DNA from: an uncultured Candidatus Saccharibacteria bacterium
Lineage (GTDB): Bacteria > Patescibacteriota > JAUYIX01 > CAYMIK01
Direction of reading: 5' to 3'
DNA length: 64,000 nucleotides
NCBI GenBank assembly: GCA_964390745.1
Contig: CAYMIK010000001.1
Coordinates: 48,670-112,669 of the forward strand
In this document: one piece after another, positions 9,030 to 20,148 of the stretch
How the letters are laid out: each line of letters starts with the position of its first letter
Numbering within the stretch: the first letter of the stretch is position 1
Program-made: the position numbers and the translations under genes
Notes under the pieces: model-generated
Database searches by the model: none
Seen by the model: only the letters and a program-made list of their open reading frames with translations
Told to the model about the DNA's origin: nothing

Positions 9030-10238
9030 TTGTTGTGTCAATTAATTTTAGGAATCCCTATTCGTACTATTCTCTCCTCAGCAAAAAACACCGCTTCGAA
9101 GGCTACGTCTGAAATTGCTGCCCGATTCAAACAATTTGAAATCTCATCCCTTATCCGCAAACAAAATATTGTTCCTGCCATTGTCTTCGTAACGGCTGCC
9201 ATCTTGGTAGGGTTCAATATCTCGAATGCGTCATCTGGGTCTTCTACGGTTTCTGACCGTCCAAATAGTCTTTTGTACGACTATCTTGAAAAAGATGTTG
9301 TAACCGAAAAGGCGACTGCGGACTCAGGAACAGCTTCATACCAAACAGTTGCTACGTTGGCTTCGGCCTCTTCGGCAAACATTGGTGTTGCTACTGATGT
9401 CTATGACACCTCTGACGATACTACTCCCGACATGGCTGTTTCTCTTTCGGGACAGGTACTCGACAAGCCATTGCTTGCTTCTGCTGATACTATTACGTAC
9501 CGACGAGACAAAAGTGTTACTCATACCGTTCAACCGGGTGAAACGCTTATCTCTATCGCTCGTAAGTATGACTTGAAGCTCTCAACGGTTTTGTGGGCAA
9601 ACGGATTGAACACCGGAAGTGTTGTAAAGCCTGGCCAGAAACTTTTGATCTTGCCAGTTAACGGTACGCACCATGTGGTGAAAGAATCTGATACGCTTGA
9701 TTCGTTGGCTGCAAAGTTCAAGGTGAAAAAAGAAGTTATTGCTGCCTTCAATGACCTTGCTGGTGAGCAACTTCCAAAGGCTGGTTCTGACATTGTTATC
9801 CCTGGTGGATCAGATCCTGCTTCACTCGAACCTGCTCCTGAGCCTACGCCAGTTCGTACTACAACTCGAACACGCGTTGCTGCAGCTATTGAAAATCTTG
9901 CTCCTGTCGTACGCCTTGGCGGCGGCGGTGGTGGCCATCGATTCGCATACGGTTACTGTACGTGGTATGTTGCGCAAAAGCGTTATGTTCCATGGCCAGG
10001 AAATGCAAGTGCATGGCCTGCGAACGCTCGAGCCTACGGTTACTCTGAAGGTAAGACTCCTGCTGCTGGTGCAATCTATGCTGAACCATGGCTTGCAGGT
10101 GGCGTAGGACACGTATCATACGTTGAACGCGTAAACCCAGATGGAAGCTTCTTGATCTCTGAGATGAACTATGCTGGTTGGAACAAAAAGAGTTACCGAA
10201 CCGTCTCTGCTCATCCTCCAGGAATCTTCATCTACTAA
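9030..10238 (+). CDS. LysM (x2) plus CHAP-domain peptidoglycan hydrolase
   Basis: TM helix, LysM motifs HTVQPGETLISIARKY and HVVKESDTLDSLA, CHAP motifs GYCTWYV..GNA..W, GHVSYVE and ISEMNY. Start uncertain (TTG 9030 or ATT 9060). Confidence 0.92.
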   Translation: MLCQLILGIPIRTILSSAKNTASKATSEIAARFKQFEISSLIRKQNIVPAIVFVTAAILVGFNISNASSGSSTVSDRPNSLLYDYLEKDVVTEKATADSGTASYQTVATLASASSANIGVATDVYDTSDDTTPDMAVSLSGQVLDKPLLASADTITYRRDKSVTHTVQPGETLISIARKYDLKLSTVLWANGLNTGSVVKPGQKLLILPVNGTHHVVKESDTLDSLAAKFKVKKEVIAAFNDLAGEQLPKAGSDIVIPGGSDPASLEPAPEPTPVRTTTRTRVAAAIENLAPVVRLGGGGGGHRFAYGYCTWYVAQKRYVPWPGNASAWPANARAYGYSEGKTPAAGAIYAEPWLAGGVGHVSYVERVNPDGSFLISEMNYAGWNKKSYRTVSAHPPGIFIY

Positions 10239-10283
10239 CGTATCGATACGGCGCCTCACGGCGTCACTCGACATGACAGATAG

Positions 10284-10319
10284 AAACACTCGGCCCTCTG
10301 TGGCCGAGTGTTTTGTTTT
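10284..10319 (+). terminator. Rho-independent terminator
   Basis: AAACACTCGGCC-N6-GGCCGAGTGTTT followed by TGTTTT. Confidence 0.8.
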
Positions 10320-10376
10320 CTGGTATAATTTACGCGTGTTTCCAACGCAATTTTTTGCGTAACAGGCAAAGAGGCT

Positions 10377-10805
10377 ATGCCAAAATCAAAAAAGAAAAAA
10401 CAACTCGAAACTGAGAACACCGAAGTGCTTACGCAGGATTCTACGGATACGAAAGAAACGAATCAAAAAGATGACGACCTGCAACTCTCAGATCAAGACA
10501 TTTCGCAGATTATGGATTTGCGCGCCAAAAAACTTGGGGTGCTTTTAGCTACCTCTACTATGCCCGACGAAGTAAAAGAGGCATGGGTGGCGCTTCTCCC
10601 TGAACTCTCATTGAGCCAGTTGGATCGACTTACTAACATCTTGGAAGCCGAGTATTTGAATAACGGAACAGCACCTATCGATGAATTCTATTCCACCAAG
10701 TGGAAAGAGGCGAAGGAAGAGTATTTTGAAGCGATTGAAAAGATCGAAGATGATGCGAGAGAGAAAGTAGCGAAGTTTCAGAATATTCAAAAAGAGTTGC
10801 ACTGA
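10377..10805 (+). CDS. Hypothetical acidic helical protein
   Basis: 142-aa ORF whose stop overlaps the next start (TGATG). Confidence 0.8.
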   Translation: MPKSKKKKQLETENTEVLTQDSTDTKETNQKDDDLQLSDQDISQIMDLRAKKLGVLLATSTMPDEVKEAWVALLPELSLSQLDRLTNILEAEYLNNGTAPIDEFYSTKWKEAKEEYFEAIEKIEDDAREKVAKFQNIQKELH

Positions 10806-13800
10806 TGGGAATGTTTGAAGGCCCAAAACCACCGAAACCCAAGAAACCAGCAAAGAGTTTGTTTGGAAAAGTTTTAGGTTCGAAAAAACGTAAACAACCG
10901 ACAAGGGGTCCTGAGCTTCCTGATTCTGATCGTTTGGGTCCCGTAGAAATTTTTGATGCACAATTCGAAGCACCGGATTCGCATGAGCCGAGTTTTGAAC
11001 TTCAGAGCCGAGGAACCGAGGCTATCGTAGCAGAGTTTCGAGAGATATACGAAGAGCCGGCCGTAACTGATGTCGCAACCGAGGCCCCTGCTGCTCCAAA
11101 AGAAACACGCGAACCCGAACGAAGTGAAGAGGATAAGCGCATTGATGACGCAGTAAACTTCCTTCGTGGGAAAAAGGTGAAGATTTACAATCCCGAAAGC
11201 GGTGTCGAAGAAGAGTATGACGTTCATAGCCTTCGAGTGCGCAATGGCGTTGGCATGGTTGATGGCTCCTCCTTTGATAGCAAAAACGCATTTAGTGAGA
11301 TTCCGCTCGATTTGGTATTGGCGCAACACGGGAAGCAACCGTGGGGGCTTAAGACAATGAACGATGCTGCCAAAGAGGGACTCAAAAGATTTACGGCTGA
11401 CAAGGCGTTGTTCACTCCAGAAAACATTGCAGACATTGAAAGCTTTATGAGCGGCGAGAATACCACTGGTAGTTTGGCGCGCGAGCACATGATGCGGGCT
11501 ATTTATGATTACCTTTATCATTGTTCTGGAGAGAATGGGAGAGAGGAGCCAGAGAGGTATTTTAGTACCTTTGATGCTTCTGTTACAGAAACAGCCACAA
11601 CTCCTGACGGATCATTTGGCCATGAGGCGTTACAACCTGAACGTACTGAGGAGCAAAAAAGAATTGAGGAGACGGTTGCCTTTTTCCGAGACAAGAAGGT
11701 TAAGATTCCAAGACCAGAAAATGGCAAGGAAGATGATTTTGAAGTTGATAGCATCAAGGTGCGCAATGGTATTGGTATGGTTGTTGCTTCCAAAGAAGGG
11801 CCAAATGGCGAAAGAGTGCGTGGCGAATTTCCGCTCGATCTTGCCTTGTTGCAACACGGCGAATCTCCGTGGCGCATTGAGGCAATGAACGATGCTGCGC
11901 GTAGTGCAGTCTTGAGATTCATGGATGCAGCACCGCCAGAAATGCAAAAGGAAATTGATCGCTACTTCTTTGGTCACGAAAACCCTGCACCCGAACGTAC
12001 AGACGCGAGGCTCATTGGATCTGTTTATTTCTACGCGTATGGTGAAAATGGAGCGAATGGGAGCACGGACGTTGAAAGATCATTCGATGTTCATAGCACG
12101 GCTGCTCAAGAGGTGGGCACGGCTGCTCCTAGCCCTACAGGCGCAGAAGTTCCACCGGTCGTAGTGACAGCAACCCCAGAAAGCTCAGGAACAGAGACAC
12201 CACGAACCGAACCTTCTACGGAAACGGCCTCACCTGAATTACATACTCCACTCACTGAAGAAGAGAAAATGGTGCGATCACGAGAGGCGCTTCGGGACGC
12301 GATTTCTGAACTTCAGGGAAAACAAATTTGGGCCTACAATGTTGCCACAGGAGAATTTGAACAAAACTTTATTTTAGAGAACGGCACCGTAAACAATGGT
12401 GTTGCCATGGCGCGTGTGCGAAAGTTGGGTTCTACCGAACCCATGTCGCAACTTTCTTTGCAAAGCATGGATGAAATTTTGAGTATGAATGGTCTTCAGC
12501 CTTGGGGCATGCGATATATGTCACCGGAAGCACAGGCCGTCATAGCAGAGGCAACATGGAGAGATCACGAACACGCAGAACTCATCACTGATGTATTTTC
12601 GGGAAGAAGCGACTTTGGCCAACTCACACCAGAGCAACGCCGTGTTATTGAGCAGCTTCGAATTCAGGCGTACAGCGCTAAGCCCGGTTTTCATAATGAG
12701 AATACCGGCGCTGCTTTGCCCCAGCAACAAACAGAATCGCAACCACAACAAGAGTCGCAGCCACAACCAAAGAGCGCAGGGTCTCTTGGTAAGAGAATGA
12801 TCGAGGCATTCAAGAATCTTCCCAAGAATGTCGCTGAACGTGCAAAAAGTATTCCTCAAAATGTTATAAAGTTCTTAAAGGAAAATCCCGAGAGCATCGG
12901 CTACTCCGTTGCTGGGTTTGTTGCGTTTCGTGCTATGCACTTTGTAGGTATACAGGCCATACGCGATCTCTATCAGTATGGAAAACAAAAAGCGGTTATC
13001 GATGGGTATGCTCGTGTTTTTGAAAAAACCCGTCCGGGCATGGCACATACACTTGAGGATATGGGCCGATACTTAAATCAGCATGGAGAACAAAAGCCAA
13101 AGGGCATAAAGAAGGATGCTAACGTAACTTCGGGCCGAAACCAGCTTATTGCGAAACGGAATGAATTCGATACCAGCCCGAAGGGCGCTGAATATCGGGC
13201 ACTTCGTGAAGCAAAAAGAAACGGTGAGCTATCTCGAAAGGACGCACGGCGCCTGGAAGAACTTCACGAGGAACGTTTTCCTATGCGTGAAAGCCTGGTA
13301 TCGTTCCGTGAACAACTGGGCGTTATTAAAGGTGGCGACAAGGCTGATTCACCAGAACGTCAGCTTTTGCGAAACTATTTCAATGAAGCCACGACTCTGG
13401 AGAAGGGCCAGCTTGGTATTTTGAAGTTGCGCTCAGAAGACATCGTATCGAAGTACATGGAAACAAAGATGAGTGGTGTGCAAGCGCTACGAAGTGCCAC
13501 GACGGCAGCCATAATGACGTATGTGTACTCGCACCCACCAGTAGCAGTTTGGGCAGGAAAAGCCAGAGTTATGACGATGGGATTCTTTGATGTTTGGCAG
13601 AAACGAAACGACGAAGAACGATTCAATAAAATCCAAAACGATCTTCGATCGCAAGAGAAAGGCTACAAAAAACTACCAGAGCAATTGAATATTCAATCGG
13701 CTGTAAGCCAAGCTGCGACAAGAATATATCATGAGCTTCGCGGAAAACCAGACGCGTCAGCAGCGGAACAACAAGAGACAAAACGGGCACGTATCAAAGC

Positions 13801-16540
13801 CTTGGCAGTTGTTACAAACTACGCACTGGCTGGCGGCGCATTGCGACCATTCATACGAATGGGCTCAGAGAGCGCAAGTTGGATTTCAGAAAAGGCTTCG
13901 AATGGTATTGATCTTGTTTCTGAAAAGATTCCTGGACACCTCGATCTTCACCCTGGTCACTGGGCAGCGAAAGTAGAAGATGCTCTGCGCCTTCATGAGC
14001 ACAAAACGGCCATTGATGCTGGTACGACCGGGGATGTTTCCAAATCTGTAGAGTCAGCGAAAAAAGCTCTTGATGCGGCTGCGGCTGTAGGCGCACAAAA
14101 ACCTGATGCAGAAATTTTGAAACATCTCGCGGAACAAGCACCGCAAGACACAAATGTACGACTCGAAGCGCCCCTAGTAGGTCTCGACGCAAAGAGCGGT
14201 GTAACCCCAGAAGACATTTCGCAAACACTTGAAAAACTCAAGGTTTCTCAAGATGATCTTTCTCGTCTAGTAAAGATTGAACTAGCCGGGAACCCATCGT
14301 TGCATAATGCCCATGAGGCACTTCAAGTTTTGCGTGAAGCGAAGCCTGCCGAGATTGAACAGTTCAAAGAAATCATGGGAAATCGTGACATCGCTCATGA
14401 TGTCGTAATTGAAACACAGGCGCGATTCAGAGATCAGGCTGCAGCGCTCGAAAAAGTATTAGGCAAAGATTCTCCAGCTGTTCAGGCAATTATGGCACAA
14501 AACAATGATCGACTCTCTGACGTTCTCACGGCACAGGCTGGTGGAGGCAAACACACCGAAGCAGATGTTGAGCGAGCCTTCCGCGTTGCCTTCGGAGAAA
14601 ATCCAACGCTTCATATCACTGATACTCACGTCCTTGGAACGATGATTCAGAACAGTCCAGAAGTGCAAACATTCTATTCCGCGCATGAAAACGTTCCGAT
14701 TAATGCACGAAATATTGTCGCTGTTGTAGAAGGAAAGGGGAATCAAGTCTTGCAAGCTATGAACAAACATGTAGATGCGGAATTGTTTGATAATCTTGCA
14801 GCCAACGCTCGCCCTAATGCCCTCATGAATGTGCCTGTTGCTTCTGGTGCCGCTGAGGATGCCATTCGTCAGGCAGCAGAGATTAAAACTCAGATGGCAG
14901 AAATCACGGGTGGAACTGTTGCGGACGTTGATAACTTGATGCATCGCGTTGGCGCACAAACAAACGAAGGACTCTTTGCAGTGATTCGTCGCGTGCAGCT
15001 TGATCGTCATTTGGAAGATCCGCAGCAAGCTCTTCGAATGTTGGCGCACATGAACGATCAACAACTTGGCCCCTATGCGGAAGTTGGAAGAGAGCAAGGC
15101 ACGCTCCGTCCACTCTCTGCAGCTGAACTGAACACCGTTGGTCAGCCGGTGCCACAGAGCGTTGCTGAAACGGTTGGCTCCGAGGCAGCACCAGAATCAA
15201 CACCAGAACCTGATGGCGAACCAGGCTCAGCAGGAGTTACGTACCCAGACCAGCCAGGAAGATTGGGCTCCTATTCTCAGAGTGAAGAAAATTTCCTTCG
15301 CAACTCCGGTGCCTTGAAACCAGAAGATGGCCCGGCACCATTTGATCAAACACAACGCCAAATGGATTATCTGCGCAATGCACCACGCCCTGATCAGCAG
15401 AATTATTTGCGAAATGCGCCACAAGGTTCATCCCGCCCACTCGTTCGTGAACCAATCATGAAACAAAGCGAGGGTGCACGGATGACCCACCCAGCCTGGG
15501 AGCCTGGCCAGCATGGAATCCGAAATCCTGAACGCGTCCCTTCGGCTCTTCAGGTTCATGAAGTTCCGGGTCAACCATCGCATATCGACGTTGCGCCTCC
15601 ACCTGGCCTGCACGTTGAACAAGTTCCTGATAGCGAAATTTGGATCAGCAAGGGAGAACTTGCGCCTATTACCGATGAAAAACTGAATGAGCTGCGTGAA
15701 AACTATTTGAAATTGCCACTCGAAGATCGCCAGAAGGCTGAAAATTGGGCGAATGTTGCTGCGCGATACCATCTCCGTCCTGGTGTTTTACGCGACATAA
15801 CAAACCCGATTGATGGACGCCTTCGTGTAACGATGGATACAAATGGTGATATAGAAATTCAGGATAGATTTGGCAGCCATCCGTACCGAGCTCCGAGAAA
15901 CGTAGCAGCTGACCCGTATTTCCAACAAGCTTTTGAAAAACCAGTCGAAGAAACCTATCGATCGGCCTATATCTCAACAAGGGGCAAACTGACTGAAGGT
16001 GAAACCACGACAACGGATTACGGTGGCGACAAGCAAACCGTTCATCTTGATGAAGACGGCACCTACACGAGAATAAGTCCTCGAGGCACAGAGATCTGGC
16101 CTGATCCGGACAATGAAAACCCAATGCAGCCAAGTACGATTCCATTTTCACAAACGGCACCGCAGGAACAACCGCAAAATCAAATGGGGTCACAAGACCA
16201 AATGCCACCTCGCGCACGATCTGGTGAACGCCAGCCAATCTTCAAGGAAGGTTCGCGAGGTTCATACGGAAACCAGGGTTATGGCGGTGGCGGAAATGGC
16301 GGTGAACGCCAACCCATCATGAAAAACGGCTCACAAGGTTATGGGGGTTATAGTGGTGAACGCCAACCCATTATCAAGAACGGCTCGCAGGGCTATGGCG
16401 GAAATAGTGGTGGACGTGGCTACAATAGTGGAGAGCGCGAGCCTGTTCCTCCTGTCTGGCAGCAGCATCCACGAGGCATTGTTCCTCGCGGGGGATCTGG
16501 GAGACGAGGGGATGCCCCAAGTATCAACATAAATCTGTAA
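10805..16540 (+). CDS. Giant (1911 aa) hypothetical protein with internal repeats
   Basis: Single long ORF with three N-terminal repeat domains, weak hydrophobic segments mid-protein and a G/Q/Y-rich repeated C-terminus. Confidence 0.9.
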   Translation: MGMFEGPKPPKPKKPAKSLFGKVLGSKKRKQPTRGPELPDSDRLGPVEIFDAQFEAPDSHEPSFELQSRGTEAIVAEFREIYEEPAVTDVATEAPAAPKETREPERSEEDKRIDDAVNFLRGKKVKIYNPESGVEEEYDVHSLRVRNGVGMVDGSSFDSKNAFSEIPLDLVLAQHGKQPWGLKTMNDAAKEGLKRFTADKALFTPENIADIESFMSGENTTGSLAREHMMRAIYDYLYHCSGENGREEPERYFSTFDASVTETATTPDGSFGHEALQPERTEEQKRIEETVAFFRDKKVKIPRPENGKEDDFEVDSIKVRNGIGMVVASKEGPNGERVRGEFPLDLALLQHGESPWRIEAMNDAARSAVLRFMDAAPPEMQKEIDRYFFGHENPAPERTDARLIGSVYFYAYGENGANGSTDVERSFDVHSTAAQEVGTAAPSPTGAEVPPVVVTATPESSGTETPRTEPSTETASPELHTPLTEEEKMVRSREALRDAISELQGKQIWAYNVATGEFEQNFILENGTVNNGVAMARVRKLGSTEPMSQLSLQSMDEILSMNGLQPWGMRYMSPEAQAVIAEATWRDHEHAELITDVFSGRSDFGQLTPEQRRVIEQLRIQAYSAKPGFHNENTGAALPQQQTESQPQQESQPQPKSAGSLGKRMIEAFKNLPKNVAERAKSIPQNVIKFLKENPESIGYSVAGFVAFRAMHFVGIQAIRDLYQYGKQKAVIDGYARVFEKTRPGMAHTLEDMGRYLNQHGEQKPKGIKKDANVTSGRNQLIAKRNEFDTSPKGAEYRALREAKRNGELSRKDARRLEELHEERFPMRESLVSFREQLGVIKGGDKADSPERQLLRNYFNEATTLEKGQLGILKLRSEDIVSKYMETKMSGVQALRSATTAAIMTYVYSHPPVAVWAGKARVMTMGFFDVWQKRNDEERFNKIQNDLRSQEKGYKKLPEQLNIQSAVSQAATRIYHELRGKPDASAAEQQETKRARIKALAVVTNYALAGGALRPFIRMGSESASWISEKASNGIDLVSEKIPGHLDLHPGHWAAKVEDALRLHEHKTAIDAGTTGDVSKSVESAKKALDAAAAVGAQKPDAEILKHLAEQAPQDTNVRLEAPLVGLDAKSGVTPEDISQTLEKLKVSQDDLSRLVKIELAGNPSLHNAHEALQVLREAKPAEIEQFKEIMGNRDIAHDVVIETQARFRDQAAALEKVLGKDSPAVQAIMAQNNDRLSDVLTAQAGGGKHTEADVERAFRVAFGENPTLHITDTHVLGTMIQNSPEVQTFYSAHENVPINARNIVAVVEGKGNQVLQAMNKHVDAELFDNLAANARPNALMNVPVASGAAEDAIRQAAEIKTQMAEITGGTVADVDNLMHRVGAQTNEGLFAVIRRVQLDRHLEDPQQALRMLAHMNDQQLGPYAEVGREQGTLRPLSAAELNTVGQPVPQSVAETVGSEAAPESTPEPDGEPGSAGVTYPDQPGRLGSYSQSEENFLRNSGALKPEDGPAPFDQTQRQMDYLRNAPRPDQQNYLRNAPQGSSRPLVREPIMKQSEGARMTHPAWEPGQHGIRNPERVPSALQVHEVPGQPSHIDVAPPPGLHVEQVPDSEIWISKGELAPITDEKLNELRENYLKLPLEDRQKAENWANVAARYHLRPGVLRDITNPIDGRLRVTMDTNGDIEIQDRFGSHPYRAPRNVAADPYFQQAFEKPVEETYRSAYISTRGKLTEGETTTTDYGGDKQTVHLDEDGTYTRISPRGTEIWPDPDNENPMQPSTIPFSQTAPQEQPQNQMGSQDQMPPRARSGERQPIFKEGSRGSYGNQGYGGGGNGGERQPIMKNGSQGYGGYSGERQPIIKNGSQGYGGNSGGRGYNSGEREPVPPVWQQHPRGIVPRGGSGRRGDAPSININL

Positions 16541-16596
16541 TTTCCCTTAATAAAGCGGAAAAGTCGCCACACCGCGAGAATTGTGGAAAACTGCCC

Positions 16597-16635
16597 TTGA
16601 CAAATCCTTGACAATATATCAGAGACTGGTATACT
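16597..16635 (+). promoter_or_regulatory. rpoBC promoter (tandem TTGACA; TTGACA-16-TATACT with extended -10)
   Basis: CCTTGACAA occurs twice 11 bp apart, followed by TGGTATACT. Confidence 0.7.
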
Positions 16636-16713
16636 AACTCCATGCAAGTTTTTTGTGTTATCTAGGCCTCAAAAGCCATTTTTTAGCTCATTTCAAAAAA
16701 GGAGCCTCTTTTT

Positions 16714-19700
16714 ATGTCCAAAAACGTGACCGTTAGCGCAGAGCATCTGCGTAAGTTTTTCACCAAAAATCATGCGGCTGCACCCCTTCCAGCGCTGATC
16801 GAAAACCAAATCACATCATATAACTGGTTCATTAAAGAAGGTTTGCGAGAACTTTTCGACGAAATTACCCCAATTGTGGGTTATACCGGAAAGGACTACG
16901 AACTCCACTTCTTGGATTACTACCTCGACGAACCTAAGTTCGAAGAAACCGTAGCCAAAGAGCGAAACACTACCTACGAGGCTCCGCTTCGCGTACAGGT
17001 TCGCTTGATTAACAAGAAAACCGGCGAAATCAAAGACCAAGAAATTTTCTTGGGCGATTTTCCACTTATGACCGAACGCGGAACGTTCATCGTGAACGGT
17101 GTTGAACGCGTTATTGTATCGCAGCTTATCCGATCTGCTGGTGTGTTCTTTACGGCTGAACATGTTCGCGGTGAAAAGATGTTTGGTGCCAAGGTTATTC
17201 CAAACCGTGGTGCGTGGCTTGAATTTGAAATGGACCAAAACGGCGTTATCTATGTAAAGATCGACCGAAAACGAAAAGTTGCCGCTACTTCATTGTTGCG
17301 CGCCTTTGGTTATGGAAGCGACGAAGAAATTCTTGAACTCTTCAAAGATGTAGACACCAACCCACAACGCCAATTTATTACCAAAACCCTGAAGAAAGAC
17401 TCCGCAAAGACCGAAGAAGAAGGCTTGAAGGAAGTCTACAAGCGTATTCGACCAGGCGATTTGGCAACAGCTGATAACGCACGTTCGATGATTGAATCGA
17501 TGTTCTTTGAGTTCGACCGCTACGACTTCGGTCGTGTTGGTCGATTTATGATCAACCGCAGATTGGGAATCGATGTTGCCAACACCAAAGAAAACCGAGT
17601 GTTGCGACGCGAAGATATTGTATTGATCTTGAAACAAATCATTAAGCTCACTAACGAACAAGGTGAAGCAGACGACATTGACCACTTAGGAAACCGACGA
17701 ATCCGTTCCGTAGGTGAATTGATTCAGAACAAGTTCCGAATTGGTTTGGCACGTATGCAACGAATCGTTGTTGACCGAATGTCTACATTGGATATGGACG
17801 CCGTTGCGCCATCTCAGTTGGTAAACGCACGACCAGTGATTGCTGCTGTAAAGGAATTCTTCACCAACTCACAGTTGTCACAGTTCATGGATCAAACCAA
17901 CCCACTCGCTGAGTTGGAACACAAGCGACGCCTTTCGGCCATGGGACCTGGTGGATTAAGCCGTGAACGCGCAGGATTTGATGTTCGTGACGTGCACCGA
18001 TCTCACTACGGACGCATTTGTCCTATTGCTACCCCAGAAGGTCCAAACATTGGTTTGGTGGGACACTTGTCTTCATTTGCAAAGATTAATGACTACGGAT
18101 TTATCGAAACACCTTTTTCAAAGGTTGTGAAAGCTTTGCCGAACAAGGCCGACAAGACCGAAGGCCGCATTGCATCGGAAGATATTAAGGGCATTGTAAA
18201 AGCTGGTGAAAAGATCACTGAAGCTGCTGCCAAGAAACTCGAAAAAGAAAAAGATTTGGAAGTAATTCCTGTGAAGCCTTTTGTTTCGAGCGAAGTTGTT
18301 CACTTGAACGCCTTTGAAGAAGGGGAATCTATTACCACTCCTGCAACAACACCTATTGATTCTGAAGGATACTTTGTTGATGCGATGATCCCAGCACGTG
18401 TAAAAGGTGAACCGGGACTCGTTGAAGCAGAGCGCGTTGACTATGTTGACGTTGCTGCAAACCAGATCGTTTCTATCTCAACCTCACTTATTCCTTTCTT
18501 GGAACACGACGACGCAAACCGAGCCTTGATGGGTTCGAACATGCAACGCCAGGCTGTTTCTACGCTTGTTCCTCACTCTCCAGTGGTTGGAACCGGTGTT
18601 GAAGGACGAGCTGCTCGAGACTCAGGACAAGTAGTTGTTTCGAAGCATGCTGGTAAGGTTGTAAAAGTTGATTCTGCTCAGATCGTTATTCAGGATGAAA
18701 AGAAAAACCTCCACGAATATCACTTGCGCGTGTTTGATCGATCCAACACTTCAACTTGTATCAATCAGCGACCAATCGTCAATATTGATCAAGAAGTTGA
18801 AGTTGGCGACGTACTTGCTGACGGTGCTTCTACCCAAGACGGAGAATTGGCACTCGGACAGAACATCTTGGTTGCCTACATGGGCTTTGGTGGTGGAAAC
18901 TACGAAGACGCTATCTTGATTTCTGAACGATTGGTTCAGCGAGATGTCTTTAGCTCGATCCACATCGAAGATTATTCTATTGATGTTCGTGATACCAAAC
19001 TTGGACCTGAAGTTGTTACCCGAGATATTCCAAACGTTGGTGAAGAAAAATTGAAAGATCTTACCGAAGAAGGAATTATCCGAATCGGTGCTGAAGTAAA
19101 ATCTGGTGATATCCTTGTTGGAAAGATTACTCCAAAGGGTGAAACAGACTTAACGGCTGAAGAGCGACTCTTGAAGGCAATCTTCGGCGAACAAGCTCGC
19201 GACGTAAAGGATACTTCACTCTATTTGCCTCACGGTGAATATGGAAAAGTTGTTGATGTAAAAATCTTCTCACGAGAAACCGGAGACAAGTTGCCAACCG
19301 GAGTTACAAAGACCATTCAGGTTTCTATTGCTCGTATCCGAAGAATCCAAGTAGGCGACAAGCTTGCTGGACGCCACGGTAACAAGGGTGTTATCTCTCG
19401 AGTTATGGCCGTTGAAGATATGCCACACATGGCTGACGGAACCCCAATCGACTTAATCTTGAACCCACTCGGTGTTGCAAGCCGTATGAACGTAGGACAG
19501 ATTTTAGAATGTGTTCTTGGTTTCGCCGCACACAAACTTGGATACAAAGTTGCTACCCCAGTTTTGGACGGTGTTCCTGAAGATGTTATCAAGGGCGAAC
19601 TTACCAAGGCTGGCTTGCCAACTGATGGAAAGATTCAGCTCTACGATGGCCGAACTGGTGAAGCATTCGACAACAAGACAACCGTTGGAATTTCGTACAT

Positions 19701-20148
19701 CTTGAAACTTCACCACTTGGTTGATGAAAAGATGCACCAACGATCCATTGGACCCTACTCACTTGTTACCCAGCAACCTCTTGGTGGTAAGGCACAATTT
19801 GGTGGTCAGCGATTTGGTGAAATGGAAGTTTGGGCACTCGAAGCGTACGGATCAGTTCACACCTTGCAAGAAATTTTGACGATCAAGTCTGACGACGTGG
19901 TTGGTCGCTCAAAGACCTATGAATCGATTGTGAAGGGTGAGCCTATTAAGAAGCCAAACATCCCAGAATCATTCAACGTATTAGTACGTGAATTGAAGGG
20001 CTTGGGATTGAACGTTGAATTGCTTGGTTATGAAGAAGAACAGCCAGATGAAGATGCTCCGAAAGCAGTAGCAGAAGCGAAGCCAGAAGCAAGTGAAGTC
20101 AAAGAAGAGACATCTTCCGAAGTTGTAACCAAAGAGGAGACAAAATAA
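16714..20148 (+). CDS. rpoB: DNA-directed RNA polymerase beta subunit
   Basis: [41 protein letters not shown] and [17 protein letters not shown]. Confidence 0.99.
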   Translation: MSKNVTVSAEHLRKFFTKNHAAAPLPALIENQITSYNWFIKEGLRELFDEITPIVGYTGKDYELHFLDYYLDEPKFEETVAKERNTTYEAPLRVQVRLINKKTGEIKDQEIFLGDFPLMTERGTFIVNGVERVIVSQLIRSAGVFFTAEHVRGEKMFGAKVIPNRGAWLEFEMDQNGVIYVKIDRKRKVAATSLLRAFGYGSDEEILELFKDVDTNPQRQFITKTLKKDSAKTEEEGLKEVYKRIRPGDLATADNARSMIESMFFEFDRYDFGRVGRFMINRRLGIDVANTKENRVLRREDIVLILKQIIKLTNEQGEADDIDHLGNRRIRSVGELIQNKFRIGLARMQRIVVDRMSTLDMDAVAPSQLVNARPVIAAVKEFFTNSQLSQFMDQTNPLAELEHKRRLSAMGPGGLSRERAGFDVRDVHRSHYGRICPIATPEGPNIGLVGHLSSFAKINDYGFIETPFSKVVKALPNKADKTEGRIASEDIKGIVKAGEKITEAAAKKLEKEKDLEVIPVKPFVSSEVVHLNAFEEGESITTPATTPIDSEGYFVDAMIPARVKGEPGLVEAERVDYVDVAANQIVSISTSLIPFLEHDDANRALMGSNMQRQAVSTLVPHSPVVGTGVEGRAARDSGQVVVSKHAGKVVKVDSAQIVIQDEKKNLHEYHLRVFDRSNTSTCINQRPIVNIDQEVEVGDVLADGASTQDGELALGQNILVAYMGFGGGNYEDAILISERLVQRDVFSSIHIEDYSIDVRDTKLGPEVVTRDIPNVGEEKLKDLTEEGIIRIGAEVKSGDILVGKITPKGETDLTAEERLLKAIFGEQARDVKDTSLYLPHGEYGKVVDVKIFSRETGDKLPTGVTKTIQVSIARIRRIQVGDKLAGRHGNKGVISRVMAVEDMPHMADGTPIDLILNPLGVASRMNVGQILECVLGFAAHKLGYKVATPVLDGVPEDVIKGELTKAGLPTDGKIQLYDGRTGEAFDNKTTVGISYILKLHHLVDEKMHQRSIGPYSLVTQQPLGGKAQFGGQRFGEMEVWALEAYGSVHTLQEILTIKSDDVVGRSKTYESIVKGEPIKKPNIPESFNVLVRELKGLGLNVELLGYEEEQPDEDAPKAVAEAKPEASEVKEETSSEVVTKEETK

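Noticed and set aside
16220-16440. DNA repeats as a CRISPR array
   Set aside because: The repeats are in-frame, degenerate at third codon positions and irregularly spaced, and no cas genes are present.
8799-16590. DnaA-box-like TGTGGAAAA at 8799 and 16582 as a replication origin
   Set aside because: Isolated single boxes with no cluster, unwinding element or dnaA/dnaN nearby. At most they are regulatory sites.
16540-16714. Absence of rplJ/rplL upstream of rpoB as a novelty
   Set aside because: rpoBC has its own promoter here, and separation from rplJL occurs in various lineages, so it is not remarkable alone.
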